DNA from: a virus
Taxonomy: Duplodnaviria > Heunggongvirae > Uroviricota > Caudoviricetes
DNA length: 64,000 nucleotides
IMG/VR virus record: IMGVR_UViG_3300042311_000626
Location: 1 to 64,000 of that record
Reading direction: 5' to 3' (one strand)
Shown: positions 37,813 to 48,329 of the stretch, piece after piece
Layout of the letters: each line of letters begins with the position of its first letter
Position numbering within the stretch: the stretch's first letter is position 1
Made by a program: the position numbers and the translations under genes
The notes under the pieces: model-generated
What the model was told of the DNA's origin: nothing
The model's database searches: none
What the model saw: only the letters and a program-made list of their open reading frames with translations

Positions 37813-38163
37813 ATGGGATATTCTCCACCGCCACCAAGTTTTAACATTTCGTTTCAAAACGAAGTGATAATCTATGAGCAAAACGTAATATGTCATGTTA
37901 AGGATAATGAATTTAATGCTTCATATAACCCAACATTATTACAAAATAATTTATTTACAGGAAGTACTTTTATATCACAATCATTAAATACACCTTTACC
38001 TGAATTAAAATATTTTGCAACATCTTCATATTTTGAACCTTATGTTACAACTATAGGATTATATAATGAACAAAACGACTTATTAGCTGTTGCTAAATTA
38101 TCTCAAGCATTACCTATATCACAAAATACAGATATGACTTTTGTCATAAAATACGATAAATAA
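37813..38163 (+). CDS. small protein carrying the conserved fibre C-terminal module
   Basis: YVTTIGLYNEQNDLLAVAKLSQAL matches the C-terminus of 33362 ORF. Confidence 0.5.
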   Translation: MGYSPPPPSFNISFQNEVIIYEQNVICHVKDNEFNASYNPTLLQNNLFTGSTFISQSLNTPLPELKYFATSSYFEPYVTTIGLYNEQNDLLAVAKLSQALPISQNTDMTFVIKYDK

Positions 38164-38177
38164 AATAAATTAACGTT

Positions 38178-38609
38178 ATGGAAAATAAATGGTTACACTC
38201 GGAGGAATTTGATCCTCAAGACTACTTTGGATTTGTATATAAAATTACAAATCTTACTAACAGTAAATTCTATATTGGTAAGAAATATTTCTACCATACT
38301 TCCAATGTTAAATTGGGGAAAAAAGAATTAGCAGCACTTCCCGTGACTCGAGGAAGAAAATCGACTACAAAGCAAGTAATTAAGGAAAGTGACTGGAGAT
38401 CTTATTGGGGTTCATCTAAAGAATTACAACAAGATGTTAAAGAATTAGGAACTGAAATGTTTGAATGTATTATTCTAAAACTTTGTAAAGATAAAAAAGA
38501 ATTAACATATTACGAATTACATTATCAGTGCATAAATGAATGCTTACTTAATTATAATTCATATAATGACAATATATTAGGTAAATTCTTCCGCAAAGAC
38601 TTAATTTAA
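38178..38609 (+). CDS. GIY-YIG endonuclease, catalytic domain only (free-standing homing-endonuclease-like)
   Basis: GFVYKITNLTNSKFYIGKK (GIY...YIG), FECIILK and ELHYQCINECLLNYNSYN parallel I-TevI FECSILEE and ELNSKINGYN. Confidence 0.6.
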   Translation: MENKWLHSEEFDPQDYFGFVYKITNLTNSKFYIGKKYFYHTSNVKLGKKELAALPVTRGRKSTTKQVIKESDWRSYWGSSKELQQDVKELGTEMFECIILKLCKDKKELTYYELHYQCINECLLNYNSYNDNILGKFFRKDLI

Positions 38610-38673
38610 ACCCGCTTGGAAAACCCAGAAATCTTTATTACCTTCGCCCTACAGGGTTTGAAAACATAAAAAA

Positions 38674-39633
38674 ATGGAAATAAAAGAAGAGGGAATAAGA
38701 GAAAAAATGGTTCTAACGGTAATAGAATCGGTATTAGGAAGGAGTAAATCTACGGCACGTCGTAATATTGCCGTCCCATGTCCATTTTGCCATCACTCTA
38801 AACCTAAATTAGAAATTCAACTTCACACCAATGAAAAAAAGGAAAATCCTTGGCATTGTTGGGTATGTGGTGAAAAAGGTAAGACACTTATTTCATTATT
38901 TAAAAAAGTAAAGGCACCTTCTCACCGAATTCAAGAATTAAATAATTTAATTAAACCGGGTAGTAAAATGGTAGAAGTTAACCAAACGGTTTCTCTACCT
39001 AAAGAATTTATTTCTTTATATAATGTTGATTCTTTAGATACTATAACGGCTATTGAAGCTAAACACGCTATTAAATTTTTAAAAAAGCGAGGAATTACCG
39101 AAAACGACATTTTAAAATATAATATTGGTTTTTGCCCTAGTGGTCCATATGATCATCGCATTGTAGTACCTTCTCATGATGCTAATGGTGATTTAAATTA
39201 TTTTAGCACTCGAACTTATCGTGATGATGAATCTCAAAAATACAAAAATCCATCTGTAGGAAGAAATATTATTGGTTGGGAATATTATATTAACTGGGAT
39301 GTTCCTTTGATTTTAGTTGAAGGTATATTTGATGCTTTAACCATTAAACGAAATGTTATACCATTATTTGGTAAAGATATTTCTGAAACATTAATGAAGA
39401 AAATAGTTGGTTCTCAAGTACAAAAAATATATATTGCTCTAGATAATGATGCTTTAAAACAAGCCATCAAACATTGTGAAACACTACTTTCTTATGGTAA
39501 GGAAGTATATCTAGTTGAACTAGGAGGTAAAGATGCTAATGAAATAGGATTTGAAAATTTCCTAAATACCATTGAACAAACCCAGCCTCTTAATTTTTCA
39601 ACACTTATAAATAAAAAAATAGAATTGATATGA
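38674..39633 (+). CDS. DnaG-type DNA primase (zinc ribbon + TOPRIM)
   Basis: CPFCHH...WHCWVCGEKGKTLISLFKK CHC2 zinc ribbon; TOPRIM acidic motifs ILVEGIFDALT and IALDNDA. Confidence 0.7.
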   Translation: MEIKEEGIREKMVLTVIESVLGRSKSTARRNIAVPCPFCHHSKPKLEIQLHTNEKKENPWHCWVCGEKGKTLISLFKKVKAPSHRIQELNNLIKPGSKMVEVNQTVSLPKEFISLYNVDSLDTITAIEAKHAIKFLKKRGITENDILKYNIGFCPSGPYDHRIVVPSHDANGDLNYFSTRTYRDDESQKYKNPSVGRNIIGWEYYINWDVPLILVEGIFDALTIKRNVIPLFGKDISETLMKKIVGSQVQKIYIALDNDALKQAIKHCETLLSYGKEVYLVELGGKDANEIGFENFLNTIEQTQPLNFSTLINKKIELI

Positions 39634-40415
39634 TCGACAGAAATGCCAACGTCATAAAAGACGTTAAAATAAAAAGAATCGTTGAGTATAGCGCAGATAA
39701 TAAACAAATTAACGTGTTAGACCAACGTTTTTATAGACGAAATGGAGAATATTACCCATCTGTATCCAGTATTTTAAATTATTTCCCTAAAAACCAATTT
39801 TTTCATTCTTGGTTAAAAGATGTAGGACATAATTCAGACATTATTGCATCTAAAGCAGCAGCCGAAGGTACTCAAGTACACACTGCTATTGATGATTTTT
39901 TAAATGGAGAAGAAATTAATTGGTTAGATGAATGGGGTAATGCTAAATATTCTCTTGACGTTTGGAAAATGATTTTAAAATTTGCTGACTTTTGGAACAC
40001 ACACAAACCAGAATTAGTAGCGACAGAATATCATTTATTTTCAGATGAACATAAATACGCAGGTACAACAGACATTGTATGTCGTTTAAATGAACAATTA
40101 TGGTTATTAGATAATAAAACATCTAATTCATTACATACATCAATGGATTTACAATTAGCATCTTATGCTAAAGCATGGAACGAAACCCATGATGAAAAAA
40201 TTGAGCGAACTGGTATTTTATGGTTAAAAGCAGCCACTCGTGGTGAAGATAAAAGCGGTAAGAAAATACAAGGTAAAGGATGGCAATTAAAAGAGATAGA
40301 CGAAATTGAACGAAATTTTGAAATGTTTCTTAAGATATATGACATTTATACCTTAGAAAACCCTGACGCTAAACCGGCAACGGAAACGTTACCAACAACT
40401 TGTAAGATAGAATAG
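39630..40415 (+). CDS. PD-(D/E)XK-type nuclease (RecB/Cas4/lambda-exonuclease-like)
   Basis: AGTTDIVCR...LWLLDNKTS fits D...(D/E)xK after a hydrophobic strand; co-located with primase. Confidence 0.45.
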   Translation: MIDRNANVIKDVKIKRIVEYSADNKQINVLDQRFYRRNGEYYPSVSSILNYFPKNQFFHSWLKDVGHNSDIIASKAAAEGTQVHTAIDDFLNGEEINWLDEWGNAKYSLDVWKMILKFADFWNTHKPELVATEYHLFSDEHKYAGTTDIVCRLNEQLWLLDNKTSNSLHTSMDLQLASYAKAWNETHDEKIERTGILWLKAATRGEDKSGKKIQGKGWQLKEIDEIERNFEMFLKIYDIYTLENPDAKPATETLPTTCKIE

Positions 40416-40454
40416 TTCCGTAGATATTTATATGTAGCACTTACTACACATTAA

Positions 40455-41456
40455 ATGAAAAAACAAGGACATATTTCGGATCATATGAGTTTACTTAACA
40501 TAGCTAAAAAGCATGGTGTTAAAGATAGTGAACTTAGGTCTGAACTTAAAAAAGGAATAAAAGTAGAACAAGAGCATACTAGTAACATTAAAACCGCTAC
40601 TAGAATTGCTCTTGATCATTTATTTGAAGATCCTAAATATTATACTAAATTAGCTAAAATTAAATTGGAAGAAAATAAATCTTCATTAAATAAAGATCTA
40701 GTTAAAGAATTCATGAGACATGTTATGAGTGAACTTAAATTAGATTCTTTACCTCAAATAAATTTTTCTAATGACTCCCAAGAAGCTATTAATAATAAAT
40801 CATGGGGTGGTTATATGCCTGGTGAACAGTCTATTCAAATTGTAATAGCTAAAAGACACCCGGCTGATATATTTAGAACATTGGCACATGAATTAGTTCA
40901 TTACAAACAAGATATTACTGGACGTTTAAATCCAGGTGATGGTAAAACAGGTAGTGATGTTGAAAATGAAGCAAATTCTAGAGCAGCTATTATTATGCGT
41001 AATTTTGCCCAAGCAAAACCTAGTTTATTTGAACATTTAGTTACTGAATTAGGTGGTGATTTAAGTAAAGCTTTACCATTCGAATACATTGGAGGTAAAT
41101 ACAACGAATATAGATTTAAAACAGAAAACAACGATTATACTGTAGCATTTAAACCAGATGGTGAAAGCACATATGAACGCGTATATCATACAACAAATAG
41201 ACCTTTAGGTACTAATTACGAAGATACTAAAGAAGGAAAACCGTTACAAATTAATGCTACTGTAATGGCTATTACTTTAGATTTTATGAAACGTACTCCT
41301 GATTTTACTATGATTTATATAGTACCTTTAGATAGAAGAAGATTTAATATAGTATCAACATACATAAAAAATAATTTACCTTCTCAATATTCATTTGAAG
41401 CAGAAGCCAATGATGGAGAAGATATAATTGCAATATACAACAAACCTCAGTTATGA
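40455..41456 (+). CDS. hypothetical protein with HExxH zinc-metallopeptidase-like motif
   Basis: LAHELVHYKQD. Confidence 0.4.
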   Translation: MKKQGHISDHMSLLNIAKKHGVKDSELRSELKKGIKVEQEHTSNIKTATRIALDHLFEDPKYYTKLAKIKLEENKSSLNKDLVKEFMRHVMSELKLDSLPQINFSNDSQEAINNKSWGGYMPGEQSIQIVIAKRHPADIFRTLAHELVHYKQDITGRLNPGDGKTGSDVENEANSRAAIIMRNFAQAKPSLFEHLVTELGGDLSKALPFEYIGGKYNEYRFKTENNDYTVAFKPDGESTYERVYHTTNRPLGTNYEDTKEGKPLQINATVMAITLDFMKRTPDFTMIYIVPLDRRRFNIVSTYIKNNLPSQYSFEAEANDGEDIIAIYNKPQL

Positions 41457-42025
41457 AAGAAACACAATTAAAAAAACAATTCTCAGAACGTGATTTAAAA
41501 CGTATAAGAAACATTATACAGAAGAAATACAATGATAAAACTGTAACTTCTGTAGGTTATACTAAAGCAGATGAATTACATGAAGATGGGGATGTGTGGG
41601 AAGAAAATGGGCGTACGTGGACCATTAAAAATGGTATAAAGCGTAATGTAAGAAAAACAGCTTCGTTAGCTATGCCTTTATTATGTCCTAATTGCGGTAC
41701 ACCTATGAATCATCATTTAGATAAAAGAATGTATAACATTCATCAAATGTGTTTACATTGTGTTACTGAAATGGAAAGTGAATTAAAAATGAAGGGCGAA
41801 TACGAAGAGTATGAACGTAATATGATAATGAATAATGCTCGTTATGCTGCTGAAACAGTATCAAATGGATTAGATGATTTTTTAGATGATTTAGTTAATG
41901 GTGCTTATGTTATGGAAGATGGAACTATTCAAAATTGGGTTGGTAATGGATTGGATACTGTTCAATTAAAACAACAAATTTTAGAGAAACTTCAAAAAAT
42001 TAAAGAAGCAACTAAAACAGAATAA
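41453..42025 (+). CDS. zinc-ribbon protein
   Basis: CPNCGTPMNHH...CLHC. Confidence 0.4.
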   Translation: MKETQLKKQFSERDLKRIRNIIQKKYNDKTVTSVGYTKADELHEDGDVWEENGRTWTIKNGIKRNVRKTASLAMPLLCPNCGTPMNHHLDKRMYNIHQMCLHCVTEMESELKMKGEYEEYERNMIMNNARYAAETVSNGLDDFLDDLVNGAYVMEDGTIQNWVGNGLDTVQLKQQILEKLQKIKEATKTE

Positions 42026-42026
42026 A

Positions 42027-42437
42027 ATGATAAAATTATTTAATATTTTAAATGAGGTAGAGTTAAATAAATGCCCTGCTCCAACCCAAAATATAAAACT
42101 TAATCTTGATAATAGACAGAAAGCTATTAATGAATATGGATATGGACCTTTAAATCCAAATGAACCAAACGAAAAATTTTGGCAAGCCAAAATGAATATG
42201 TGGAAGTTAGATTCGGTCGAAGAAGCTAAAAAATCATTATGTGCTAACTGTGCTGCTTTTGATATTACACCTAAAACATTAAACTGCATTGCTACAGGAA
42301 TCGGAAATGATGAAGGATCAGAAGATCCATTTGATGTAATTAAAGCAGGTAAATTAGGGTATTGCAGATTTTTAAAATTTAAATGTGCTGCAGCTCGAAC
42401 ATGTGATGCTTGGGTTGTTGGTGGTCCTTTAACATAA
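42027..42437 (+). CDS. hypothetical Cys-containing protein
   Basis: 136-aa ORF. Confidence 0.4.
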   Translation: MIKLFNILNEVELNKCPAPTQNIKLNLDNRQKAINEYGYGPLNPNEPNEKFWQAKMNMWKLDSVEEAKKSLCANCAAFDITPKTLNCIATGIGNDEGSEDPFDVIKAGKLGYCRFLKFKCAAARTCDAWVVGGPLT

Positions 42438-42446
42438 TAATAAAAT

Positions 42447-43082
42447 ATGAATAATATAACTCCTATTGACGACTGTGGATGTAATGGTCCTAAATTAATG
42501 CTTAACGAAGGTAAAAATAATATTTTACTTTCTGAAGGGCTAAGTTATCACATACAAGAAGGTAGAATGTTAATACATAACATTTATAGACCTTTATCTT
42601 CTAACTACATGGCTCTAGTTAGAGAAACCAGAGCATTATATAATGAAGGATTATTATCCGTAGTAGAAGATGATGCTGAATTATTAGAATCAAATTTAGG
42701 TGAATATGGTATTTATGAAGGTATAAAAGTACCTTTAGATTATCCTATATCACTTGATGAATTGTTAGAACTACATGAATCACAAGAAATAGATGAAGCT
42801 GAATTTAAAGGTAAAAAAGTATCTATTGGGAAACCTAAACGCGGTGGTTCTAAAAAATTCTATGTTTACGTTAAAGACGGAGACAAAGTTAAAAAAGTAT
42901 CATTTGGTGACACTACTGGATTAAAAGCTAAATTAAATAATTCTAAAGCACGTCAAGCATTTGCTAAACGTCATGATTGTGCTAATAAAAAAGATAGAAC
43001 CAAAGCATCATATTGGTCTTGTAGATTACCACGTTATGCTAAAATGCTAGGATTTAAAACAACATTTTCAGGTTATTGGTAA
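42447..43082 (+). CDS. hypothetical protein (211 aa)
   Basis: ORF with basic C-terminal half. Confidence 0.4.
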   Translation: MNNITPIDDCGCNGPKLMLNEGKNNILLSEGLSYHIQEGRMLIHNIYRPLSSNYMALVRETRALYNEGLLSVVEDDAELLESNLGEYGIYEGIKVPLDYPISLDELLELHESQEIDEAEFKGKKVSIGKPKRGGSKKFYVYVKDGDKVKKVSFGDTTGLKAKLNNSKARQAFAKRHDCANKKDRTKASYWSCRLPRYAKMLGFKTTFSGYW

Positions 43083-43345
43083 TGGAACCATATACAAATA
43101 TAGAAACTACAGACGAATATATAATTCGTAAATTTGATGAGAATATAGATCCTGTAGAACTTATGTGGCATATGGATAATGAAGATAGATTAGTAGAAGC
43201 TTTAGAGTCAACTGATTGGCTAGTACAATTAGATGACTCTCTTCCTATATTACTAGATAAACCAATATTTATACCTAAACATGTGTATCACCGTACTATA
43301 AAAGGTACAGGACCTTTACTTGTTAAGATAAAAAAGTATGATTAA
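43076..43345 (+). CDS. hypothetical protein
   Basis: 89-aa ORF. Confidence 0.35.
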   Translation: MVMEPYTNIETTDEYIIRKFDENIDPVELMWHMDNEDRLVEALESTDWLVQLDDSLPILLDKPIFIPKHVYHRTIKGTGPLLVKIKKYD

Positions 43346-43727
43346 ACTCTCCGAAATATTAGAACAAATAATCCAAGAAAAAGAGGACAGATGTAAACGC
43401 ATTGCAGATCGTAAATACGATAAACCATCTGCTTACAAATCTGGTGCTATTGTTAGATGCCGTAAAGGTGATATTTGGAAAGGTGTTAAAGAACAGTTAG
43501 ATCAATTAGACGAAAAACAAAAAGAAACACTTCGCACTTGGTTCAAACGTAAAGGAGCACCAGGTAAAGAAGGAGGTTGGGTTGATTGTAATACATGTCG
43601 AGATGGTAAATGTAAATCATGTGGACGTAAAGCAGGTGAACAACGTTCAAAATACCCATCTTGCAGACCAACGCCAGCTGCTTGTAAGGATAAAGGTAAA
43701 GGTGACTCTTGGGGTAAAACAAAATAA
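43338..43727 (+). CDS. basic Cys-rich (zinc-binding?) protein
   Basis: CNTCRDGKCKSCGRK...SCRPTPAACKDKGKG. Confidence 0.4.
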   Translation: MIKLSEILEQIIQEKEDRCKRIADRKYDKPSAYKSGAIVRCRKGDIWKGVKEQLDQLDEKQKETLRTWFKRKGAPGKEGGWVDCNTCRDGKCKSCGRKAGEQRSKYPSCRPTPAACKDKGKGDSWGKTK

Positions 43728-43739
43728 TTAAATTATAAT

Positions 43740-44225
43740 ATGAAAACATCACAATTAAAAGAAGCTATAAGAAATATAGTTAAATCTAAATTAAATGAAA
43801 TAAATGGTGTAGGGTCGGTTTCTAATAAAGAAGGATCTTTAGACGCTACATTATATAATAACGGAAGTGTTAAACTTGCAATTCACAACCCAGGATTAGG
43901 AGCTATTCCTAATAGAACATTAATATCATCCCCATCTGCTGTTGATATTGATCAATTTACATTTGAGTATGTAAAAAATCAACTAGAAAAAGAGGGAGTA
44001 AGTGGTTATAAAGATGAAGAAATTCAAAACTTAATAGATAGAGTAAATACAACTTTACGCCCTAAACTTACAGAAGGTGAAGAAACATCTGATTATGTTA
44101 AAGCAATGGATATATGGAAACGAGTAAAACAACATTCTAATATGAGTGATGAAGAAAAAGAAACATATAAACAAAAACTTTTACAAGCAGCAAAAAAAGC
44201 AGGTATTGAATTAGATTTAAAATAA
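43740..44225 (+). CDS. hypothetical protein
   Basis: 161-aa ORF. Confidence 0.4.
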   Translation: MKTSQLKEAIRNIVKSKLNEINGVGSVSNKEGSLDATLYNNGSVKLAIHNPGLGAIPNRTLISSPSAVDIDQFTFEYVKNQLEKEGVSGYKDEEIQNLIDRVNTTLRPKLTEGEETSDYVKAMDIWKRVKQHSNMSDEEKETYKQKLLQAAKKAGIELDLK

Positions 44226-44231
44226 TATTGA

Positions 44232-47200
44232 ATGAGACCAATAGATAAATTTATATTACATGTTATTCATAACTGGGAGAATGGGCTGAATGAAGCTTAT
44301 GCTCCTTCTGTTATGACTAAATTAATGGATAAATTTAAAGAGGAAGCAGATGATTTAAATATAGAAATCAATGACGAACAATTAAAAAAATATATTGAAC
44401 GTTTTGATGTTTTAAAAAATTCCCCTAAAATTCCTGAAAAAGATTTATTTAAATATTCATTATCACAACTAATTCGATTAGTTACTTCTTCTAAAGGAGC
44501 AGAAACACCTGAAACAGTAGATATTACTCCTGATGTAGTATATCATAATGATGATGATACTATTATTGTTTATAATGGTTCTAAAGAAGACAATTGTGTC
44601 AATTATGGTCGAGGTGAAAGATGGTGTATTACAAGAGGTTCTTATGGAAACTACAGATACAGTGGGGATAGATCATATCCAACATTCTATTTAGCTCAAA
44701 ATAATAATTTATCAAATAATGATCCTTTAAGCTTTGTTGCTATACAAGTCAGAGACCCCAAAACAACTTCAGAAAACCAAAGATACGTTTATACAAACCG
44801 ATCTAATTCTCCTCATGAATCTCAACCAATGAGTTTTACTCAATTAGAGAGAGAAGTTCCTTGGTTACGTGAAATACCAAACGTTCAACAAGTACTTAAA
44901 TATATACCACTAAATACAGGAGAAAAAGTAACCCAACAATATAAAAATAAACCTATTGGGATTAGAGAATGGATTAAATTACCATTTGAGGTTAAACAAC
45001 AATATTTAGTAGTTAGAAAAGGCAGAAAATTATTTGATGATATTTCAAATGATGAATTTTTATCTAAATATTTATCTAAATTACCTCAACTAGCTGAATT
45101 TATTGCTATTACTCCTGGGATAATAGAAACTGAAGAATTATTAAAACATTTAGAAAGTTTTTCAAATAGTGATAGAAGATCTATTATCGCAAACATGCGA
45201 GACAAAATAGATACATCTGAACTAAAAGCAGATAAATTACCATTTGATGTTAAAAAATTATTAACAACATTAGATAAATGGAAATTAAACAATAATGAAA
45301 GAATATACGTTACTAAAGATGGTAACGCTATTGTTAAATTAGAACTAGGAGATAATATTACAGCGGGTATTTATACTGCTGAAGATGATTATCCTAGTAT
45401 TAAATTAAATAAAAGAACATCAAAATATATAACAGATTATCCTGAATTAGATAAAATACCATTTAGAGATTTAGCTAAATTAGTCTCTGATGAAATAATA
45501 GACCAGACACTTTTAGACCAAACTTTAGAAACAGCTAAAAACAATCCAAATTCTGCTATTATAGTTAAAGATACCGATAATGGACAGATTATTGTTGATT
45601 CAAATTCATTTGCTTCATATAAAATAGAAAATGGTAAGATAAATCAAATACCATTTGATAGTGAAGAAGTACAAGCTATATTTGACGAACAAGACGACAA
45701 TGAATCTTTTCAACAAAATGTAATAAATTTATTTACTTCTCGAGAAAATATACCTTCTCAAATAGATAGAGTAGGTTTAACTTCTATTTTAAAATCAACT
45801 TCAAATGAAAAAAGGATAATTAGTAATACTGATTATTCTAATTATCCCCTAGTTATACTAACAACGGATGAAGAAAATCCATTAATATTTACAACTACTG
45901 CTCTTCCTAATGTTCGAGGAGAAAATCCTTTTTATTCTAAAACAGTATATGGAAAAAAAAGCGATTGGAGAAATGTATCTATCAATGAACGCTTCACCCC
46001 CGAAATGTTAGATGCTTATTTTGCTTATTTAAGAGGATTAAATCAAACATTTACAGATGAAGGTTTAATTAATGCTCTTTCATCATATGGGATGCCAACT
46101 GATCTTAAAAGATCAATATTAACAAACCCAAATTTACCTTTACAAGACACAAACATATATCGTCCTGTAGAATATAATGATACAGTATATTTAATTAATA
46201 CTAGAAACCCCGCTGATAGTAAAAAATTATCTGATACATCAGGTAAACTAATTAAAGCAAATATTAATGCTACTGCTGCTAGACGTTTATTAGGAGCACA
46301 AGCACAACAAGCAGAACCAGAAGCGCCAGCAGCCGCTCAACAAACAGCACCTCAAGCACCAGTAGCACCACAAGATGGGGCTCCTAGGAGAGGAAGACCA
46401 GCTGGTGTAGGGAATACACCTCGTGTTCCACAAGAAAGACAAAGAGGTGATGTAAACATAGCAGATGCTTTTAGTGAAAGAGGTTTAAGAATTGGATTTG
46501 GTAGTCTACCTAGAAATGATTTTAGAAGATTAAATGTTACAGATGCTGTTGCTTTAAACAGAATAGGTGATAGAGGAGCTTCGGCTAGAGATAATTTATT
46601 AACTGGACAAGGTCGAGTTACTAATGTTATTAGTGTAGGACCAAGTAAAATATACTTCATTAGATTAAATAATGATACACGAATAGCATCTATAAACATA
46701 CAACCAGGAAATAGAAATTATGTAGTAGTGGGTGATAGATCATATTCTTTAAATTCACCACGTGAATTAGTAAGTTTCTTACAAAACAGAAATATACTAG
46801 AGACTTTGAGAACATCATTAGTTAAATTACATTTACAAGAAAATCCATATATGATAGAGGAAATGAAAAATTTAAAAAATAAAACACCAATGAAAGAAAC
46901 ATATAGCGCAGAAGAAAGTTTTAAAGATTATTCAAATGACGCTTTAACAGATATGATCATAAACCTTTCAAGATATGAAGGTAATGAAAAAGAAATACAA
47001 GGTGTTAAGGATGAATTAGCAAGACGTAAACAATCTAACAATAAAAACATGAAAATAAATGAGTTTAAATCTCTAGTTAGGGAAGTAATTAAGAAAAAAC
47101 TAGCAGAAAACCAACCAGCACCTTCAAGAGAAACACCTGAACGTGGGACTGAAACTATTCCTGATAGAGGTACTGAAGAAGAGAAAAAACGTCGTAGAAT

Positions 47201-47297
47201 TGGTAACCCAAATGTGGAACCAAGACCTAAAGCGATGAATGAAAATGAGCAAGAAATTATTAAACAAATTGTAGCACGTTTTAAATCTAAAAAATAA
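44232..47297 (+). CDS. large hypothetical protein (1021 aa)
   Basis: Ala/Pro/Gln low-complexity hinge (AQAQQAEPEAPAAAQQTAPQAPVAPQDGAPRRGRPAGVG), RGD tripeptide, basic C-terminus. Confidence 0.5.
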   Translation: MRPIDKFILHVIHNWENGLNEAYAPSVMTKLMDKFKEEADDLNIEINDEQLKKYIERFDVLKNSPKIPEKDLFKYSLSQLIRLVTSSKGAETPETVDITPDVVYHNDDDTIIVYNGSKEDNCVNYGRGERWCITRGSYGNYRYSGDRSYPTFYLAQNNNLSNNDPLSFVAIQVRDPKTTSENQRYVYTNRSNSPHESQPMSFTQLEREVPWLREIPNVQQVLKYIPLNTGEKVTQQYKNKPIGIREWIKLPFEVKQQYLVVRKGRKLFDDISNDEFLSKYLSKLPQLAEFIAITPGIIETEELLKHLESFSNSDRRSIIANMRDKIDTSELKADKLPFDVKKLLTTLDKWKLNNNERIYVTKDGNAIVKLELGDNITAGIYTAEDDYPSIKLNKRTSKYITDYPELDKIPFRDLAKLVSDEIIDQTLLDQTLETAKNNPNSAIIVKDTDNGQIIVDSNSFASYKIENGKINQIPFDSEEVQAIFDEQDDNESFQQNVINLFTSRENIPSQIDRVGLTSILKSTSNEKRIISNTDYSNYPLVILTTDEENPLIFTTTALPNVRGENPFYSKTVYGKKSDWRNVSINERFTPEMLDAYFAYLRGLNQTFTDEGLINALSSYGMPTDLKRSILTNPNLPLQDTNIYRPVEYNDTVYLINTRNPADSKKLSDTSGKLIKANINATAARRLLGAQAQQAEPEAPAAAQQTAPQAPVAPQDGAPRRGRPAGVGNTPRVPQERQRGDVNIADAFSERGLRIGFGSLPRNDFRRLNVTDAVALNRIGDRGASARDNLLTGQGRVTNVISVGPSKIYFIRLNNDTRIASINIQPGNRNYVVVGDRSYSLNSPRELVSFLQNRNILETLRTSLVKLHLQENPYMIEEMKNLKNKTPMKETYSAEESFKDYSNDALTDMIINLSRYEGNEKEIQGVKDELARRKQSNNKNMKINEFKSLVREVIKKKLAENQPAPSRETPERGTETIPDRGTEEEKKRRRIGNPNVEPRPKAMNENEQEIIKQIVARFKSKK

Positions 47298-48307
47298 TGG
47301 CTCATTTATTAGAAATAGAATACGAAAAAATATTCAAACCAGAAACCATGGCTGCCTTAAAAGGTAAGTCAGGTGAATCATTAAGACAAATGTTAGGGGA
47401 TAAAAATCTTCAACAAGCTATAATGCGTTCTTCTGGTTTAGTACCTGAATTAGTTGAAGCTGAAGAGGGATATCGTGATAGTTTAGAATTTTTAGCAGCT
47501 GATATTGTAACACAAGCATATCCTATTATTGATTATGCTAATATTAAAATCGATGCTAAAATAGTTCCTATGAACGACATTCAAATCCCACCACCAAGTG
47601 AGGATGAAGTTCCAGCGGATGAAGCACCACCTGAAGCGCAACAAGCAAAACGTCGTATTATAAACGGTATTACTCAAGGTGCCTCTATTAGAGGTTCATT
47701 TGCATTTTTATTGTTTAGAGATTATCTAGATGCTATTGATGAAGCTTTAGTAGCTAAATATAGTGAAATATTAAAATTATCATTTGGTATCTATGATAGT
47801 GAGGAAGCTATTGCTATGTTATTAGCAATGATTGCTCAAAAACAAAACATCCCTGGAGGTGAAAGCGAAATGGTGTATGATGAAGATGAAGATCAATTCA
47901 TTATTAAAGCTAGAGCTATTTGTTTTCCTATGTTAGTTCATGAAATCGTAAAAGGATTATATGAAATAGTAGGTACTGAAGGATTTGGATCTGATAAAGA
48001 AAAAAATCAAGCAATCGTAGGTGCTGTAGATAAATTAGAAAACGAACCTAGAGATTTTCAATATGGAAAATTCATTTATGATGCAATTTCAGACATATAT
48101 AATGACAGTAATATAAATGATCCACGAGTTAGAGAATTATTATTTACAGAAATATATAGGTTACCTGAAGACGAATTTATTGAATTTATAGAAAATGCTA
48201 TAAACAATGAATTAACAAACGATCAAAAGAAATGGGCTAGTGATTCAATGCGTGATATTGTAGATGACCTTAAAAAAGATGATACTGGATTATCTGATTT
48301 AGATTAA
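47297..48307 (+). CDS. hypothetical protein (336 aa)
   Basis: Stop/start overlap with previous gene. Confidence 0.45.
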   Translation: MAHLLEIEYEKIFKPETMAALKGKSGESLRQMLGDKNLQQAIMRSSGLVPELVEAEEGYRDSLEFLAADIVTQAYPIIDYANIKIDAKIVPMNDIQIPPPSEDEVPADEAPPEAQQAKRRIINGITQGASIRGSFAFLLFRDYLDAIDEALVAKYSEILKLSFGIYDSEEAIAMLLAMIAQKQNIPGGESEMVYDEDEDQFIIKARAICFPMLVHEIVKGLYEIVGTEGFGSDKEKNQAIVGAVDKLENEPRDFQYGKFIYDAISDIYNDSNINDPRVRELLFTEIYRLPEDEFIEFIENAINNELTNDQKKWASDSMRDIVDDLKKDDTGLSDLD

Positions 48308-48315
48308 TATTTATA
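48307..48315 (+). promoter_or_regulatory. late-type motif ATATTTATAA
   Basis: 14 nt upstream of ATG 48330. Confidence 0.35.
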
Positions 48316-48329
48316 ACAAAATAACAATT

